Of a DNA stretch of 64,000 nt, positions 10,809 to 21,633 are shown piece after piece. This DNA comes from an uncultured bacterium (lineage in GTDB: Bacteria > Muiribacteriota > UBA9980): the NCBI GenBank assembly GCA_964421195.1, contig CAYQWL010000003.1, forward strand, positions 74-64,073, read 5' to 3'. The translations under genes were made by a program, and so were the position numbers. The number at the start of each line of letters is the position of its first letter. The first letter of the stretch is position 1. The notes under the pieces are model-generated. The model saw only the letters and a list, made by a program, of their open reading frames with translations. It was not told the origin of the DNA and did no database searches.

Positions 10809-12035
10809 ATGAAATGTAGAAATTGCGGGGCAATTATAAATCAGCCTTTTTTATCGCTCGGCGTTTCGCCGCTTTCTAACTCTTATTTAAAAGCCGGGCA
10901 GTTAAATGTTATGGAACCGTTTTATCCTTTAGAAGTTTATGTCTGCGAATCGTGTTATCTGGTACAATTAGATGAGTTTGAAAAGGCGTCAAATATTTTC
11001 AGCGATGATTATGCATATTATTCGTCTTATTCGGAAAGCTGGCTCGAACATTGCCGTAATTATGCTCTTACGGTTATAAAAAAATTCGGTCTGGACCGTG
11101 AATCATTTGTAGTAGAGGTCGCGAGCAACGACGGTTATTTGCTGCAATATTTTAAGCAGGCGGGCATAGATGTTCTGGGAATAGAGCCGGCGGCGGGAAC
11201 CGCGCAGGCCGCAATGGATAAAGGCGTTAAAACCGATGTAGCTTTTTTTAATTCAGACTATGCCGAAAAAAAATTCGTTAAAGGCAAATGCGCCGATTTA
11301 ATCATCGCTAATAATGTTCTCGCGCATAATCCCGATCTTCTTAATTTCGCGGGCGGCTTTGTAAAAGCCCTTAAGCCTCATGGCGTTTTAACTGTTGAAT
11401 TTCCGCATTTAATGAATTTAATCGCTTATAATCAGTTTGACACGATTTATCATGAGCATTTTTCATATTTCAGCCTTTATAGCGTCTCCGATCTTTTTAA
11501 ACGCTGCGGCCTCGCGGTTTTTGACGTGGAACGAATACCGACTCACGGCGGTTCTTTGAGAATTTATGCGCAAAAAGAAAGCGGCGGCATTCATACGGTA
11601 TCTGAAAATGTCGAAAAGCTTATCGACGAAGAAAAAAGTTTCGGCTTAATGGATAAAAATTTTTATAATTTATTTTCTGAAAAAGTAAAGAAAGTTAAAA
11701 GAGATTTTTTAGCTTTATTAATTGAAATAAAAAATAAAGGCGGTAAAATAGCCGGGTACGGAGCTCCGGCTAAAGGTAATACTTTGCTTAATTATTGCGG
11801 GATAAGAACGGATTTTATAGACTATACGGTAGATTTAAATCCTTATAAACAGAATAAATATCTTCCGGGCACCCGCATACCCGTGAAAGCGCCTGATTTT
11901 TTATTGAAAGACAGGCCGGATTATGTTATAATATTACCGTGGAATATTAAAGATGAAATAATTCAGCAAATAAGTTATGTCCGGGAATGGGGCGCGAAAT
12001 TTATAGTATCCGTTCCCGGCGTAGAGGTTTTTTAA
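10809..12035 (+). CDS. NDP-hexose C-methyltransferase-like class I SAM methyltransferase (N-terminal Zn ribbon)
   Basis: N-terminal CxxC...CxxC zinc-ribbon (CRNCGA...CESCYLVQ). A central SAM-binding fold and C-terminal domain are arranged as in TylCIII-type sugar C-methyltransferases. Confidence 0.65.
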   Translation: MKCRNCGAIINQPFLSLGVSPLSNSYLKAGQLNVMEPFYPLEVYVCESCYLVQLDEFEKASNIFSDDYAYYSSYSESWLEHCRNYALTVIKKFGLDRESFVVEVASNDGYLLQYFKQAGIDVLGIEPAAGTAQAAMDKGVKTDVAFFNSDYAEKKFVKGKCADLIIANNVLAHNPDLLNFAGGFVKALKPHGVLTVEFPHLMNLIAYNQFDTIYHEHFSYFSLYSVSDLFKRCGLAVFDVERIPTHGGSLRIYAQKESGGIHTVSENVEKLIDEEKSFGLMDKNFYNLFSEKVKKVKRDFLALLIEIKNKGGKIAGYGAPAKGNTLLNYCGIRTDFIDYTVDLNPYKQNKYLPGTRIPVKAPDFLLKDRPDYVIILPWNIKDEIIQQISYVREWGAKFIVSVPGVEVF

Positions 12036-12036
12036 C

Positions 12037-12570
12037 GTGAAATTTATTGAAACGGAGCTGAAAGGCGCCTATATTATCGATATTGAAAAAATAGAAGATG
12101 AAAGAGGTTTTTTTGCGAGGGCGTTTTGTAAAAATGAATTCGTAAATTACGGCCTCGAATCGGAATTTGTTCAACATAACGTGTCATTTAATAAAAAAGC
12201 CGGTACTCTCAGGGGAATGCATTTACAGCTCGCCCCGTCCGGTGAAGCAAAGGTTGTTTCATGCATTAAAGGCGCTATTTATGATGTAATAATCGATTTG
12301 CGGCGTCAGTCTCCCACTTTTATGAAATGGATTTCGATTGAATTACACGGCGATAGCGGCAGAATGCTTTATATACCGAAAGATTTCGCGCATGGTTTCC
12401 AGACGCTCGAAGATGAAACCGCGGTATATTACTGGATGTCAGAATTTTATAAACCGGACAGCGCTTTTACGATTAATTTTAACGATCCGTTGTTTTCGAT
12501 AAAATGGCCTGTTAAAAATATCACGGTATCTTCTAAAGACAGTCAGGCTGCATTTATAAAGGAATTTTAA
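12037..12570 (+). CDS. dTDP/CDP-4-keto-6-deoxyhexose 3,5-epimerase (RmlC-like cupin)
   Basis: 177 aa. The IIDIEKIEDERGFFARAF and HGFQTLEDET motifs are typical of RmlC-family cupins. Uses a GTG start. Confidence 0.75.
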   Translation: MKFIETELKGAYIIDIEKIEDERGFFARAFCKNEFVNYGLESEFVQHNVSFNKKAGTLRGMHLQLAPSGEAKVVSCIKGAIYDVIIDLRRQSPTFMKWISIELHGDSGRMLYIPKDFAHGFQTLEDETAVYYWMSEFYKPDSAFTINFNDPLFSIKWPVKNITVSSKDSQAAFIKEF

Positions 12571-12626
12571 ATGGCGGTTTTTGATTTTAACGCATATATT
12601 AGAGCGCCGCTGAGAATCGATATGGA

Positions 12627-13205
12627 GTGATTGTCATGGATCCGCGTCTTACGCGTAATACATTGATCGATGAAGAAAATAAAAATATAAGGGTGTTTTT
12701 GAAACCTTTAGATCCTTCCGACGCTTCACTTATCGTTAAGTGGCGTAACAGTCCTGAGGCAATGGCTAATTTTTTTTCAGATAATCCCGCGACGATCGAA
12801 ACGCATCGGCGCTGGTATGAAAATTATATAAAATCATTTACAAGGCATGAATACATTATTCAAATAAAGGAAAACAACGTTAAAATAGGCACGATAGGAC
12901 TCGATTCCATTGATTTAATCAATATGAGCGCCGAATACGGCAGTGTTATGATCGGCGAGGAAGAATACAAAGGCAGGTCTTACGCTTATGATGCGTCAGT
13001 AGTTCTTTTAAAACATGCGTTTGGTCCGATGGGGCTTAACCGTGTTTTCTTAAGAGTTTTTATCGATAACGCGCCGGCCGCTAAACTGTATAATAAATTA
13101 GGGTTCCGGCATGAAGGAGTTCTCAGAAAAAGTATTAAAAAATTCGGTGAATATCGTGATGTAGCGGTTATGTCGTTAATTAACGGCGAATTTAATATTA
13201 TATAA
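12627..13205 (+). CDS. GNAT family N-acetyltransferase
   Basis: 192 aa. Has an acetyl-CoA-binding segment (RVFLRVFIDNAPAAKLYNKLGF) and overall GNAT topology. Confidence 0.65.
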   Translation: MIVMDPRLTRNTLIDEENKNIRVFLKPLDPSDASLIVKWRNSPEAMANFFSDNPATIETHRRWYENYIKSFTRHEYIIQIKENNVKIGTIGLDSIDLINMSAEYGSVMIGEEEYKGRSYAYDASVVLLKHAFGPMGLNRVFLRVFIDNAPAAKLYNKLGFRHEGVLRKSIKKFGEYRDVAVMSLINGEFNII

Positions 13206-13297
13206 ATACCATACGTTTTTATTTTTTTGTCAGCTGTATGGTATCTTAATATTTTTGTACAATATAATTAAACATCGAATTATTGGAGGAATAATTT

Positions 13298-14029
13298 TTG
13301 AATATTGAATTTGAAAATATGAAAAAAAATATGATAGAGAGCGTTGGCACCGATCCGCACGCGAAAGAGCTTGGAGTAGAATTTATCGATTATACGGCTA
13401 AATATAAATATTCCTACAATTTTACATGGCTCGGCCGGCCTATTATACAATTTCCGCAGGACATCGTCGCCATGCAGGAAATTATATGGAATATCAAACC
13501 CGATTTAATAATAGAAACCGGAATAGCGCATGGCGGTTCATTGATTTTTTATGCTTCCATTCTTGAGTTAATCGGTGAGGACGGCCTGGTTCTTGGTATC
13601 GATATCGATATTCGCGAACATAATCGTATCGAGATTGAAAAACATAAGTTATTTAAAAGAATTAAAATGATACAGGGCTCGTCGATCGATGAACGGGTGG
13701 TAGAGCAAGCGGCTTCCATAGCAAAAGATAAATCCCGCATTCTCGTAGTTTTAGATTCGAACCATACTCATGATCATGTTTTAAAAGAACTTTCACTTTA
13801 CTCCGGTTTCGTTACCAGGGGAAGTTATTTAGTCGTTTTTGACACGGTAGTCGAAGATATGGCCGAGAGTAATTTTGCTGATCGTCCGTGGGGTAAAGGA
13901 AATAATCCAAAAACAGCGGTTCGTGAATTTTTAAAAACAAACGATAGTTTTGAAATAGATTCAATGATCGAAAATAAACTTTTAATAACTGTAGCGCCGC
14001 AGGGCTATTTGAGGCGAATTAAGGAGTGA
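13298..14029 (+). CDS. CmcI/cephalosporin-hydroxylase-family SAM-dependent (sugar O-)methyltransferase
   Basis: The QFPQDIVAMQEIIWNIKPDLIIETGIAHGGSLIFYA motif is characteristic of the CmcI / rhamnosyl O-methyltransferase family. TTG start with a GGAGGA RBS 7 nt upstream. Confidence 0.7.
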   Translation: MNIEFENMKKNMIESVGTDPHAKELGVEFIDYTAKYKYSYNFTWLGRPIIQFPQDIVAMQEIIWNIKPDLIIETGIAHGGSLIFYASILELIGEDGLVLGIDIDIREHNRIEIEKHKLFKRIKMIQGSSIDERVVEQAASIAKDKSRILVVLDSNHTHDHVLKELSLYSGFVTRGSYLVVFDTVVEDMAESNFADRPWGKGNNPKTAVREFLKTNDSFEIDSMIENKLLITVAPQGYLRRIKE

Positions 14030-14033
14030 GATA

Positions 14034-15161
14034 ATGGAAAGAATACCTGTTGCGGGTCCCTGGATTACTCAAAAAGAAATAGATTATGTAAACGATGCCG
14101 TGAGCGGCGGTTGGTACGCTAATGCCAGTAATTATATAAATAAGTTTGAAGCGGCTTTCGCTTCTTATACAGGCGTAAAATATGCCGTGGCGATGCCGTC
14201 ATGTACCGCGGCGATACATATAGCCCTTTTAACATTAAACATAAATGCCGGCGATGAGGTTATAGTTCCCGATATAACGTGGATAGCCACTGCCGCGCCT
14301 ATTAATTATGTCGGCGCCGTTCCGGTATTCGTCGATATCGATAAAAAGACATGGTGTATATCGCCCGAAGCGTTCGAAGCCGCTATTACACCGAAAACTA
14401 AGGCCGTTATTATCGTCGATCTGTACGGCAATGTTTGCGATATGGATAAAATAAAAGAAATAGCGCGTAAAAACGGAATAAAAATAATCGAAGATGCCGC
14501 CCAGGCCGTTGGGGCGGAGTATAAAGGCCGCCGGGCGGGATCGTTCGGCGATGCCGGAGTTTTTAGTTTTCACGGCACTAAAACGCTTACTACCGGCGAA
14601 GGCGGCATGTTTCTTACTGATAGCGATGAAATTTATCAAAGATGTATTTTTTTAAGGGACCACGGGCGGAATACACAGTCGGGAAAAATGTTCTGGAATG
14701 ATGAAGTGGCTTATAAATATAAAATGTCGAACATGCAGGCGGCGCTCGGATTGGCGCAGTTAGAGCGGATCGATGAGTTGATTAAAAGAAAAATCGAAAT
14801 TTTTGAAATGTATGCCGAATTATTATCATCATATAATATGATTACTTTAAATTATCAGGCGGCCGGCACGCGAAGCGCTTACTGGATGGTAACGGCCGTT
14901 CTAAATAAGAAGATCGGCCTGACTAAAGAAGATATAATCAAAAACATGTCTTCTCAAAATATAGATTGCCGGCCGTTTTTTTATCCTTTAAGCAGTATGC
15001 CGGCTTATGAAGGCGTGCCGGGAATCGAAAAAGCGCGGGCAAATAATACCGTCAGTTACGAATTATCGCCGTATGCGGTGAATTTGCCTGGCGCATTAAC
15101 TCTAACTAAGGAAAAAATAGCCTGTGTCTGCGATTCTTTAATTAAAATGTGTAATTTTTAA
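14034..15161 (+). CDS. DegT/DnrJ/EryC1/StrS family PLP-dependent sugar aminotransferase
   Basis: SFHGTKTLTTGEGGM contains the PLP-binding Lys, so this is an aminotransferase rather than an E1 dehydrase. Fold-I AAT features throughout. Confidence 0.85.
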   Translation: MERIPVAGPWITQKEIDYVNDAVSGGWYANASNYINKFEAAFASYTGVKYAVAMPSCTAAIHIALLTLNINAGDEVIVPDITWIATAAPINYVGAVPVFVDIDKKTWCISPEAFEAAITPKTKAVIIVDLYGNVCDMDKIKEIARKNGIKIIEDAAQAVGAEYKGRRAGSFGDAGVFSFHGTKTLTTGEGGMFLTDSDEIYQRCIFLRDHGRNTQSGKMFWNDEVAYKYKMSNMQAALGLAQLERIDELIKRKIEIFEMYAELLSSYNMITLNYQAAGTRSAYWMVTAVLNKKIGLTKEDIIKNMSSQNIDCRPFFYPLSSMPAYEGVPGIEKARANNTVSYELSPYAVNLPGALTLTKEKIACVCDSLIKMCNF

Positions 15162-15256
15162 TGTCAGGATTTCTTAAAAATAAAATTAATGTTTTAATAA
15201 ATTTAACGTTAAAAAATTAAAATAAAATATATTAAATTTGTTATAATAAATGAATT

Positions 15257-16192
15257 ATGATGAATAATCCACTTATAAGCGTTGGAATACCTACTTATAA
15301 TAGACCGTCTGGATTACGCCGCGTTCTTGAAAATATTTGCGCTCAAACGTATGAAAATTTAGAAATAATAATTTCAGATAATTGTTCTGATAACAAAGAC
15401 GTTAAGAAAATAGTACGGGAGTTTATTAAAAACGACAAAAGAATCCGGTATTATTGTCATGAGTGTAATATGGGACCGGTTTATAATTTTAATTTTGCGC
15501 TGCGTAAAGCGCGCGGCGATTATTTTATGTGGGCCGCCGATGATGATGAGTGGCCGCAAAAGAATTATATTTTAAAATGTTTTGAGTTTTTGCGCGATAA
15601 TTCTGATTATTCTTTAGTATGCGGCGAGGTGAAATATTATAATAATAAAATTTATTTCGGCGAGGGTGTAAAAATAAATTTAACCTCGGCAAATCGTTTT
15701 GAAAGAGTTGCTGATTACTATTCACAGGTTATGGATAATTCAACCTTTTACGGCCTTTATGATCTAAAAAAGATTGAAAATTTTTATTTAAAAAATAACC
15801 TCGGCGGCGATTGGTTTTTTATAGCGGCCGCGGCCTTTAAGGGAAAAATTGGATTCTTACCCGATATTTATTTTATAAGAAATTGCGGCGGAGCGACAGT
15901 TAGTTTTGAAAAAATCACGGCTACATTAAACCTTGATTCTATTAATTCAAAATATCCCAATCTAATGATAGCTTTTAATGCGCTTTGCGACATTATGTTC
16001 AGCGCTGAAATATATAAAGCAATTAGTATTTTTGAAAGAATGTATTTTTCATCTATTATTTTCTGGAAAATTTTTTATGCAAGAGCTTTTATGCCATGGT
16101 TCTTAAAACGTCCTTCTTTTATTATAAATACTGCTGTAACAGCAAAAAAAATTATTAAAAATATAGTTTGCTTTAAAATTTTTAAACATTGA
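15257..16192 (+). CDS. glycosyltransferase family 2
   Basis: ISVGIPTYNRPSGLRRVLENICAQTYENLEIIISDNCSD is a GT2 signature. Confidence 0.75.
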   Translation: MMNNPLISVGIPTYNRPSGLRRVLENICAQTYENLEIIISDNCSDNKDVKKIVREFIKNDKRIRYYCHECNMGPVYNFNFALRKARGDYFMWAADDDEWPQKNYILKCFEFLRDNSDYSLVCGEVKYYNNKIYFGEGVKINLTSANRFERVADYYSQVMDNSTFYGLYDLKKIENFYLKNNLGGDWFFIAAAAFKGKIGFLPDIYFIRNCGGATVSFEKITATLNLDSINSKYPNLMIAFNALCDIMFSAEIYKAISIFERMYFSSIIFWKIFYARAFMPWFLKRPSFIINTAVTAKKIIKNIVCFKIFKH

Positions 16193-16263
16193 ATGATAAA
16201 AATAACGGATGCTTCATTTATAACGAACTATTAAAAACTTGATGCACTAATTAAAAGGCTGAT

Positions 16264-17439
16264 ATGAAAATATTATACGATCATCAAATATTCGCTTCGC
16301 AGGTTTATGGCGGCATATCAAGGTATTTTTACGAACTGGCGCATTCGTTATGTTCGCAGTATCAGGACGTGCGCTGTTTGCTGTCTTTGATTTATTCTAA
16401 CAATCATTACTTAAAAGGCGGTAAAACTGTTTTTACTCATAGCGGCGATTATAAACGGATTATCGATTACGATAATTTTTGCGCGGGGTTTAATTTTAAA
16501 GGCAAGTGGAAGTTATTTCAAATAGCGAAAAAAATAAGTTATATTAAAGATTATAGCGCCGCTAATAAAGCGTGCGGCGTTAAAGCCGTTGAAGCAGGCG
16601 ATTATGATATATTTCATCCGACTTATTACGATAATTATTTTTTAAAACATATAGGGCATAAACCTTATGTGCTTACGGTTTACGATATGATACACGAATT
16701 ATTTCCTCATGAATTTCTTCGTGATGAATCTATATGTTATCAAAAGAAAATTTTAATCGAAAATGCCTCGAAAGTAATAGCTATATCTGAAAATACAAAA
16801 AAAGACATAGTAAAATTTTATGGCTGCGAAGAAAAAATAGAGGTCGTACATCTTGGAAATTCACTTATGCCGCCTGAGGCAAATTACGCGGGCGGTAAGG
16901 CCCCGCCGGAAAAATATATTTTATTCGTAGGAAGCCGCCAGAAATATAAAAATTTCGATTTTTTTATTAAATCGGCCGCTCCCATTTTAAAAGATCATAA
17001 TGACCTGAAATTGGTGTGCGCGGGCGGCGGATTATTTAGCATTGATGAAATAAATTTGTTAAAATCACTTGGTGTCGCCGAAAAAGTAACGCAGATGTCT
17101 TTAAGCGACGACGGGCTCGCTTTATTTTATAAAAACGCGCTGGCTTTTATTTTTCCGTCTCTATACGAGGGTTTTGGAATACCGGTTCTTGAATCTTTCG
17201 CGTCAGGCTGTCCTCTTATCGTCAGTAATTCGAGTTCTTTGCCAGAAGTGGCGGGAGACGCCGCTATATATATCGATCCACAGTCCGCCGTTTCGATTCA
17301 AACAGCCGTAGAAAAAGCCGTTACGGATAAAAAACTTCGAGACGAATTACAAGCGAAAGGATTTGAGCAGTTAAAAAAGTTTTCATGGAATATTACCGCT
17401 CAAAAAACGAAAAAAATTTATGAACGAATACTTAATTAA
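16264..17439 (+). CDS. glycosyltransferase family 4
   Basis: EGFGIPVLESFASGCPLIVSNSSSLPEVAG is the GT4 C-terminal motif. Confidence 0.8.
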   Translation: MKILYDHQIFASQVYGGISRYFYELAHSLCSQYQDVRCLLSLIYSNNHYLKGGKTVFTHSGDYKRIIDYDNFCAGFNFKGKWKLFQIAKKISYIKDYSAANKACGVKAVEAGDYDIFHPTYYDNYFLKHIGHKPYVLTVYDMIHELFPHEFLRDESICYQKKILIENASKVIAISENTKKDIVKFYGCEEKIEVVHLGNSLMPPEANYAGGKAPPEKYILFVGSRQKYKNFDFFIKSAAPILKDHNDLKLVCAGGGLFSIDEINLLKSLGVAEKVTQMSLSDDGLALFYKNALAFIFPSLYEGFGIPVLESFASGCPLIVSNSSSLPEVAGDAAIYIDPQSAVSIQTAVEKAVTDKKLRDELQAKGFEQLKKFSWNITAQKTKKIYERILN

Positions 17440-17456
17440 ATTATAAGGCGGCGTTT

Positions 17457-18413
17457 ATGGTTAAAATAATGATTACGGGTTATAACGGGTTTGTCGGCCG
17501 GCACCTTGTGCGTGAATTATATAAAGCCAGGCGCGGCTCAATTGAAGTAATCGGCATCGATAAAACTATAGATTCAGCGGATAATTTGCCGGCCTCCGTC
17601 GAAGAATGTAATTTTCTCGATTTTGCCAATGTGTTTGAAATAATAAAAAAATACTCGCCGGAAGTGATTTTTCATTTCGCCGCTGAAAGTTCCGTCGCGT
17701 CAAGCTGGCATTCACCTTCGTTTATGGTTTCAAATAACGTTAATTCGCAGATTAATCTTTTCGAGGCGCTGCGCAAGCTCGATAAATTAAAAACGCGCGT
17801 GATAATCGCCGGTTCCTCAGAGGAATACGGCGAGGTCGATCCCGAAATGCTGCCGGCAAGCGAAAACTGCGCGTTCCGGCCGCTCAGTTCTTATGCGGTA
17901 AGTAAAATAGCCCAGGATATGACGGCGTTTCAATATTTTAAAAGCTATGGCATGGATGTAATCAGGGTAAGATGCTTTAATCTTTGCGGACCGGGACAGC
18001 TTTCTAAGTACGTTCTCAGTTCGTTCGCGCGTCAGACTGCTCAAATCGAAGCGTCCGGAGCGCGTTCAGGCGTCATAAAAGTCGGAAATCTCGAAATCGC
18101 AAGAGATTATACCGACGTTCGCGACGCTTCTAATTACTATATCGAGTTAGCTGAAAAAGCAGTTTCCGGCGAGGTATATAATCTTTGCTCCGGCAAAATT
18201 TATTATTTAAAAGACTTATTGAATATTTTAATTAAAAAATCTAAAATTGATATTCGAGTTGAAACCGATCCCGAAAAATTAAGGCCCTCCGATTTAAAAT
18301 TAATTTATGGCGATAATTCTAAGTTAAACGCATTATGTAATTACAGGCCGCGTTATAATATCGAAACTACTTTAACTGAAATGCTCGATTATTGGCGAGA
18401 AAATATATCATAA
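17457..18413 (+). CDS. NAD-dependent epimerase/dehydratase (extended SDR; GDP-6-deoxyhexose reductase-like)
   Basis: ITGYNGFVGRHL Rossmann motif and a YAVSK catalytic motif. 318 aa. Confidence 0.7.
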   Translation: MVKIMITGYNGFVGRHLVRELYKARRGSIEVIGIDKTIDSADNLPASVEECNFLDFANVFEIIKKYSPEVIFHFAAESSVASSWHSPSFMVSNNVNSQINLFEALRKLDKLKTRVIIAGSSEEYGEVDPEMLPASENCAFRPLSSYAVSKIAQDMTAFQYFKSYGMDVIRVRCFNLCGPGQLSKYVLSSFARQTAQIEASGARSGVIKVGNLEIARDYTDVRDASNYYIELAEKAVSGEVYNLCSGKIYYLKDLLNILIKKSKIDIRVETDPEKLRPSDLKLIYGDNSKLNALCNYRPRYNIETTLTEMLDYWRENIS

Positions 18414-18533
18414 GAAGGTATAGCGTTTAAAGCGGCTTTTTAAAAACCGCACAAATCGATTTTTGGTTTGATACAGTATGAACAAAATCAATGTCAGGCA
18501 AATTGAATAATGAATGGGAATTAATTATTTTTT

Positions 18534-19397
18534 ATGAACGATACGAAACTACATATAATCCTTCCGGTCCACAACCGCAGGAGCGTGACCGAAAAGTTCA
18601 TAAATTGCCTTGCCGCGCAGTCGTATCAAAACTATCATCTTATATTGGTAGATGACGGTTCGACCGACGGCACGGCTGAAATGGTGCGCGCGAAGATTAA
18701 AAGCCTCACCATTATCCGCGGCGGCGGAAATCTCTGGTGGGGAGGCGCGCTGCATAAAGGGTATTTATGGCTTAAAAATCATGACGCTTTGCTTTCGGAT
18801 GCGGTTTTAATCTGTAACGATGACGTAACGTTCGATAATGATTATCTCGAAACCGGCCTTGAATTTTTAGAGAAAACGCCGGATGCGATGATATTATCTA
18901 CGGTTTATACTTCCGATGGCGAATTTCACGAAGCCGGCGCTGTAGCGGATTTTAAAAACTTTACTTTTAAAAATGCGGCGCCGGGTGAAATAATCAATTG
19001 CGCTACAACGCGCGGCCTGTTTTTTACCGTGTCATCTTTTTTTAAGACGGGCGGATTTTATCCGTTTTTGCTGCCGCATTATCTTTCTGATTTTGAATTT
19101 ACTATCAGGGCTCACCGGCGCGGAATAAAAATTACCGCCTGCAATAAATTAAAGCTTTATATAGATATGTCTTCCACGGGATATTTCGGCTCTATCGACG
19201 ACGAAGGATTTTTAATTTTTTTAAAAAAGTTTTTTTCGATTAAATATCCGAATAATCCGGTATATAAATTAATATTCGTTTTTCTGGCGTGTCCCTGGCG
19301 TTATATAGCGCAAAATACGTTAAAAGTATTATGGACGGCATTCAAGCATATATTTTTTCACGTCAGAAAATCGTTTAAGAATTATTTTAAAAAATGA
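18534..19397 (+). CDS. glycosyltransferase family 2
   Basis: HIILPVHNRRSVTEKFINCLAAQSYQNYHLILVDDGSTDGT is a GT2 signature. Confidence 0.75.
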   Translation: MNDTKLHIILPVHNRRSVTEKFINCLAAQSYQNYHLILVDDGSTDGTAEMVRAKIKSLTIIRGGGNLWWGGALHKGYLWLKNHDALLSDAVLICNDDVTFDNDYLETGLEFLEKTPDAMILSTVYTSDGEFHEAGAVADFKNFTFKNAAPGEIINCATTRGLFFTVSSFFKTGGFYPFLLPHYLSDFEFTIRAHRRGIKITACNKLKLYIDMSSTGYFGSIDDEGFLIFLKKFFSIKYPNNPVYKLIFVFLACPWRYIAQNTLKVLWTAFKHIFFHVRKSFKNYFKK

Positions 19398-19489
19398 CTT
19401 TTTAGCGTTAAAAATAAGTATTAAAAGCTTAAATTTGATTTATAGATTAAATTATGTAAATAAACGAATAAGTAAAGGAAGAAAAAAAT

Positions 19490-20452
19490 ATGAAACCGTT
19501 AAGAATACTTGTAACCGGCGGGGCAGGGTTTATAGGAAGCCATCTTTGTGAGAAACTTTTAAAAGAAGGGCATGAAGTAATATGTCTTGATAATTTTTTT
19601 ACGGGGCGTAAAAAAAATGTCAGTCATTTACTCGATGATAAAAAATTCGAACTGATAAGGCATGATATTACCGAAGAAATAAGGCTTGAATCAGATCGTA
19701 TATATAATCTGGCGTGTCCGGCGTCGCCCGTTCATTATCAGTATAACGCGATTAAAACCGTTAAAACTAATGTAATGGGCGCTCTGATCACTCTCGGCAT
19801 GGCTAAAAGGGTGAAAGCGAGAATATTGCAAGCATCTACCAGCGAGGTTTATGGCGATCCGGCCGTCCACCCGCAGGTTGAAGGATACTGGGGCAACGTC
19901 AATCCGATCGGCATCAGAAGCTGCTATGATGAAGGAAAGCGCGTCGCCGAAACTTTATTCATGGATTATCACAGACAGAATAATGTTCAGGTGAGAATCG
20001 TACGTATTTTCAATACTTACGGTCCGCGTATGCTTGAAAACGACGGCCGCGTGGTGTCTAATTTTATCGTGCAGGCCCTTAAAAATGAAGATATAACTAT
20101 TTATGGCAGCGGAGAGCAGACACGTAGTTTTTGTTTCGTAAGCGATTTGATAGACGGCATGGTCCGTATGATGGAAAATACCGAAGATTTTATCGGACCG
20201 GTTAATCTCGGCAATCCTCAGGAATATACCATACTTGAGCTTGCTAAAACCATTATAGAATTAACCGGCTCGAAATCAAAACTGGTTTTCAAGCCATTAC
20301 CAGAAGACGATCCGTGCCGCAGAAAGCCCGATATATCACTTGCTCAAACAAAGCTTGGCGGATGGTCGCCGCAGGTTCCGGTGAAAGATGGTTTGCTTCG
20401 GACTATAGAATATTTTGAAAATGAATTAAAAGACGTGCATGACGCAAAGTAA
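19490..20452 (+). CDS. uxs: UDP-glucuronate decarboxylase (UDP-xylose synthase)
   Basis: [38 protein letters not shown] is the hallmark N-terminus of UXS. A YDEGK catalytic motif is present. 320 aa. Confidence 0.85.
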   Translation: MKPLRILVTGGAGFIGSHLCEKLLKEGHEVICLDNFFTGRKKNVSHLLDDKKFELIRHDITEEIRLESDRIYNLACPASPVHYQYNAIKTVKTNVMGALITLGMAKRVKARILQASTSEVYGDPAVHPQVEGYWGNVNPIGIRSCYDEGKRVAETLFMDYHRQNNVQVRIVRIFNTYGPRMLENDGRVVSNFIVQALKNEDITIYGSGEQTRSFCFVSDLIDGMVRMMENTEDFIGPVNLGNPQEYTILELAKTIIELTGSKSKLVFKPLPEDDPCRRKPDISLAQTKLGGWSPQVPVKDGLLRTIEYFENELKDVHDAK

Positions 20453-20556
20453 TGACCTGTTGATTGCAATCGCGAATAGCGCGGTATAAATTTTTATAAA
20501 AGATATTTCAGGATTCGAGGCCGCAATAATTGCCAACATAATGTTATGATATAAAT

Positions 20557-21510
20557 ATGGGAGATGCTATGAATGAAATTACATTACATGTGCCGGTTTT
20601 ATTTTTAGTTTTCAATCGGCCTGATACGACCGGACGGGTTTTTGAGCGTATAAGGGCGGCACGGCCGGCGAAGCTTTTTATTGCCGCGGATGGCCCGCGT
20701 GCCGGACGTAAAGACGATATTGAAAAATGCGGAGCGGTTAAAAAAATCGTGTCCGAAATTGATTGGCCGTGTAATGTCGAAACGCTTTTTCGTGATAAAA
20801 ATCTCGGCTGCGGACGGGCGGTAAGTTCAGCTATTTCATGGTTTTTTGAAAAAAACGAAGCTGGCATTATACTCGAAGATGATTGCCTGCCTGATATTAC
20901 GTTTTTTAGCTATGCGTCCGAGCTGCTTGAAAAATATAAGGAAGACGAACGCATGGGCATAATTTGCGGCGCGAATTTTCAGTTCGGCAAAAGGCGCGGC
21001 ACGGCCGGTTATTATTTTTCGCGTTATCCGCATATATGGGGCTGGGCTTCATGGCGGCGAGTATGGCATAGTTATGATTTCGGCATGAATAATTGGGAAA
21101 ATATAAAAAACGGCGGCTGGCTTATGGATTATTTTGGCGATGCCGTTCGCTGTAAATATTGGAGCGGCATTTTTGACGCGGTCCGCACGGGTAAAATAAA
21201 CACGTGGGACTATCAACTGTTTTTAACGTTCATAGCCAATAATTATTTATCTATAGTGCCTGCTGTAAATATGATATCTAATTTAGGATATTGCGGTGAA
21301 GCTACCCATACGGCTGGCGGAAACGACAGACTTTCCGAAATCGCCGCCGGTGCGTTTGAATTCCCGATAGTGCATCCCGATTTTATAATCCGGGATTCGG
21401 CAGCCGATAAAAGGACTGAAAAGCTTTTTTTTAAACCGCACGGAACATTAGAATTACTCAAACATAATATAAAAACTTCTATAAAGCGAATGTTAAAGAT
21501 TAAAAAATAA
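20557..21510 (+). CDS. putative GT-A fold nucleotide-sugar transferase (HlpA-like family)
   Basis: An N-terminal beta-alpha fold (HVPVLFLVFNRPD...LFIAADGP) with the ILEDDCLPD acidic motif resembles GT-A transferases. The family assignment is uncertain. Confidence 0.45.
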   Translation: MGDAMNEITLHVPVLFLVFNRPDTTGRVFERIRAARPAKLFIAADGPRAGRKDDIEKCGAVKKIVSEIDWPCNVETLFRDKNLGCGRAVSSAISWFFEKNEAGIILEDDCLPDITFFSYASELLEKYKEDERMGIICGANFQFGKRRGTAGYYFSRYPHIWGWASWRRVWHSYDFGMNNWENIKNGGWLMDYFGDAVRCKYWSGIFDAVRTGKINTWDYQLFLTFIANNYLSIVPAVNMISNLGYCGEATHTAGGNDRLSEIAAGAFEFPIVHPDFIIRDSAADKRTEKLFFKPHGTLELLKHNIKTSIKRMLKIKK

Positions 21511-21633
21511 CATCGTTACAAATTATAAAAATTGTTATCTGGCCTGTAATAAAATATGCCGGATGCCAGATATAAATAAAGATAAAGATATTTAACATTA
21601 ATACATAGTAAAATTTAAAAATAACGGTAATTT

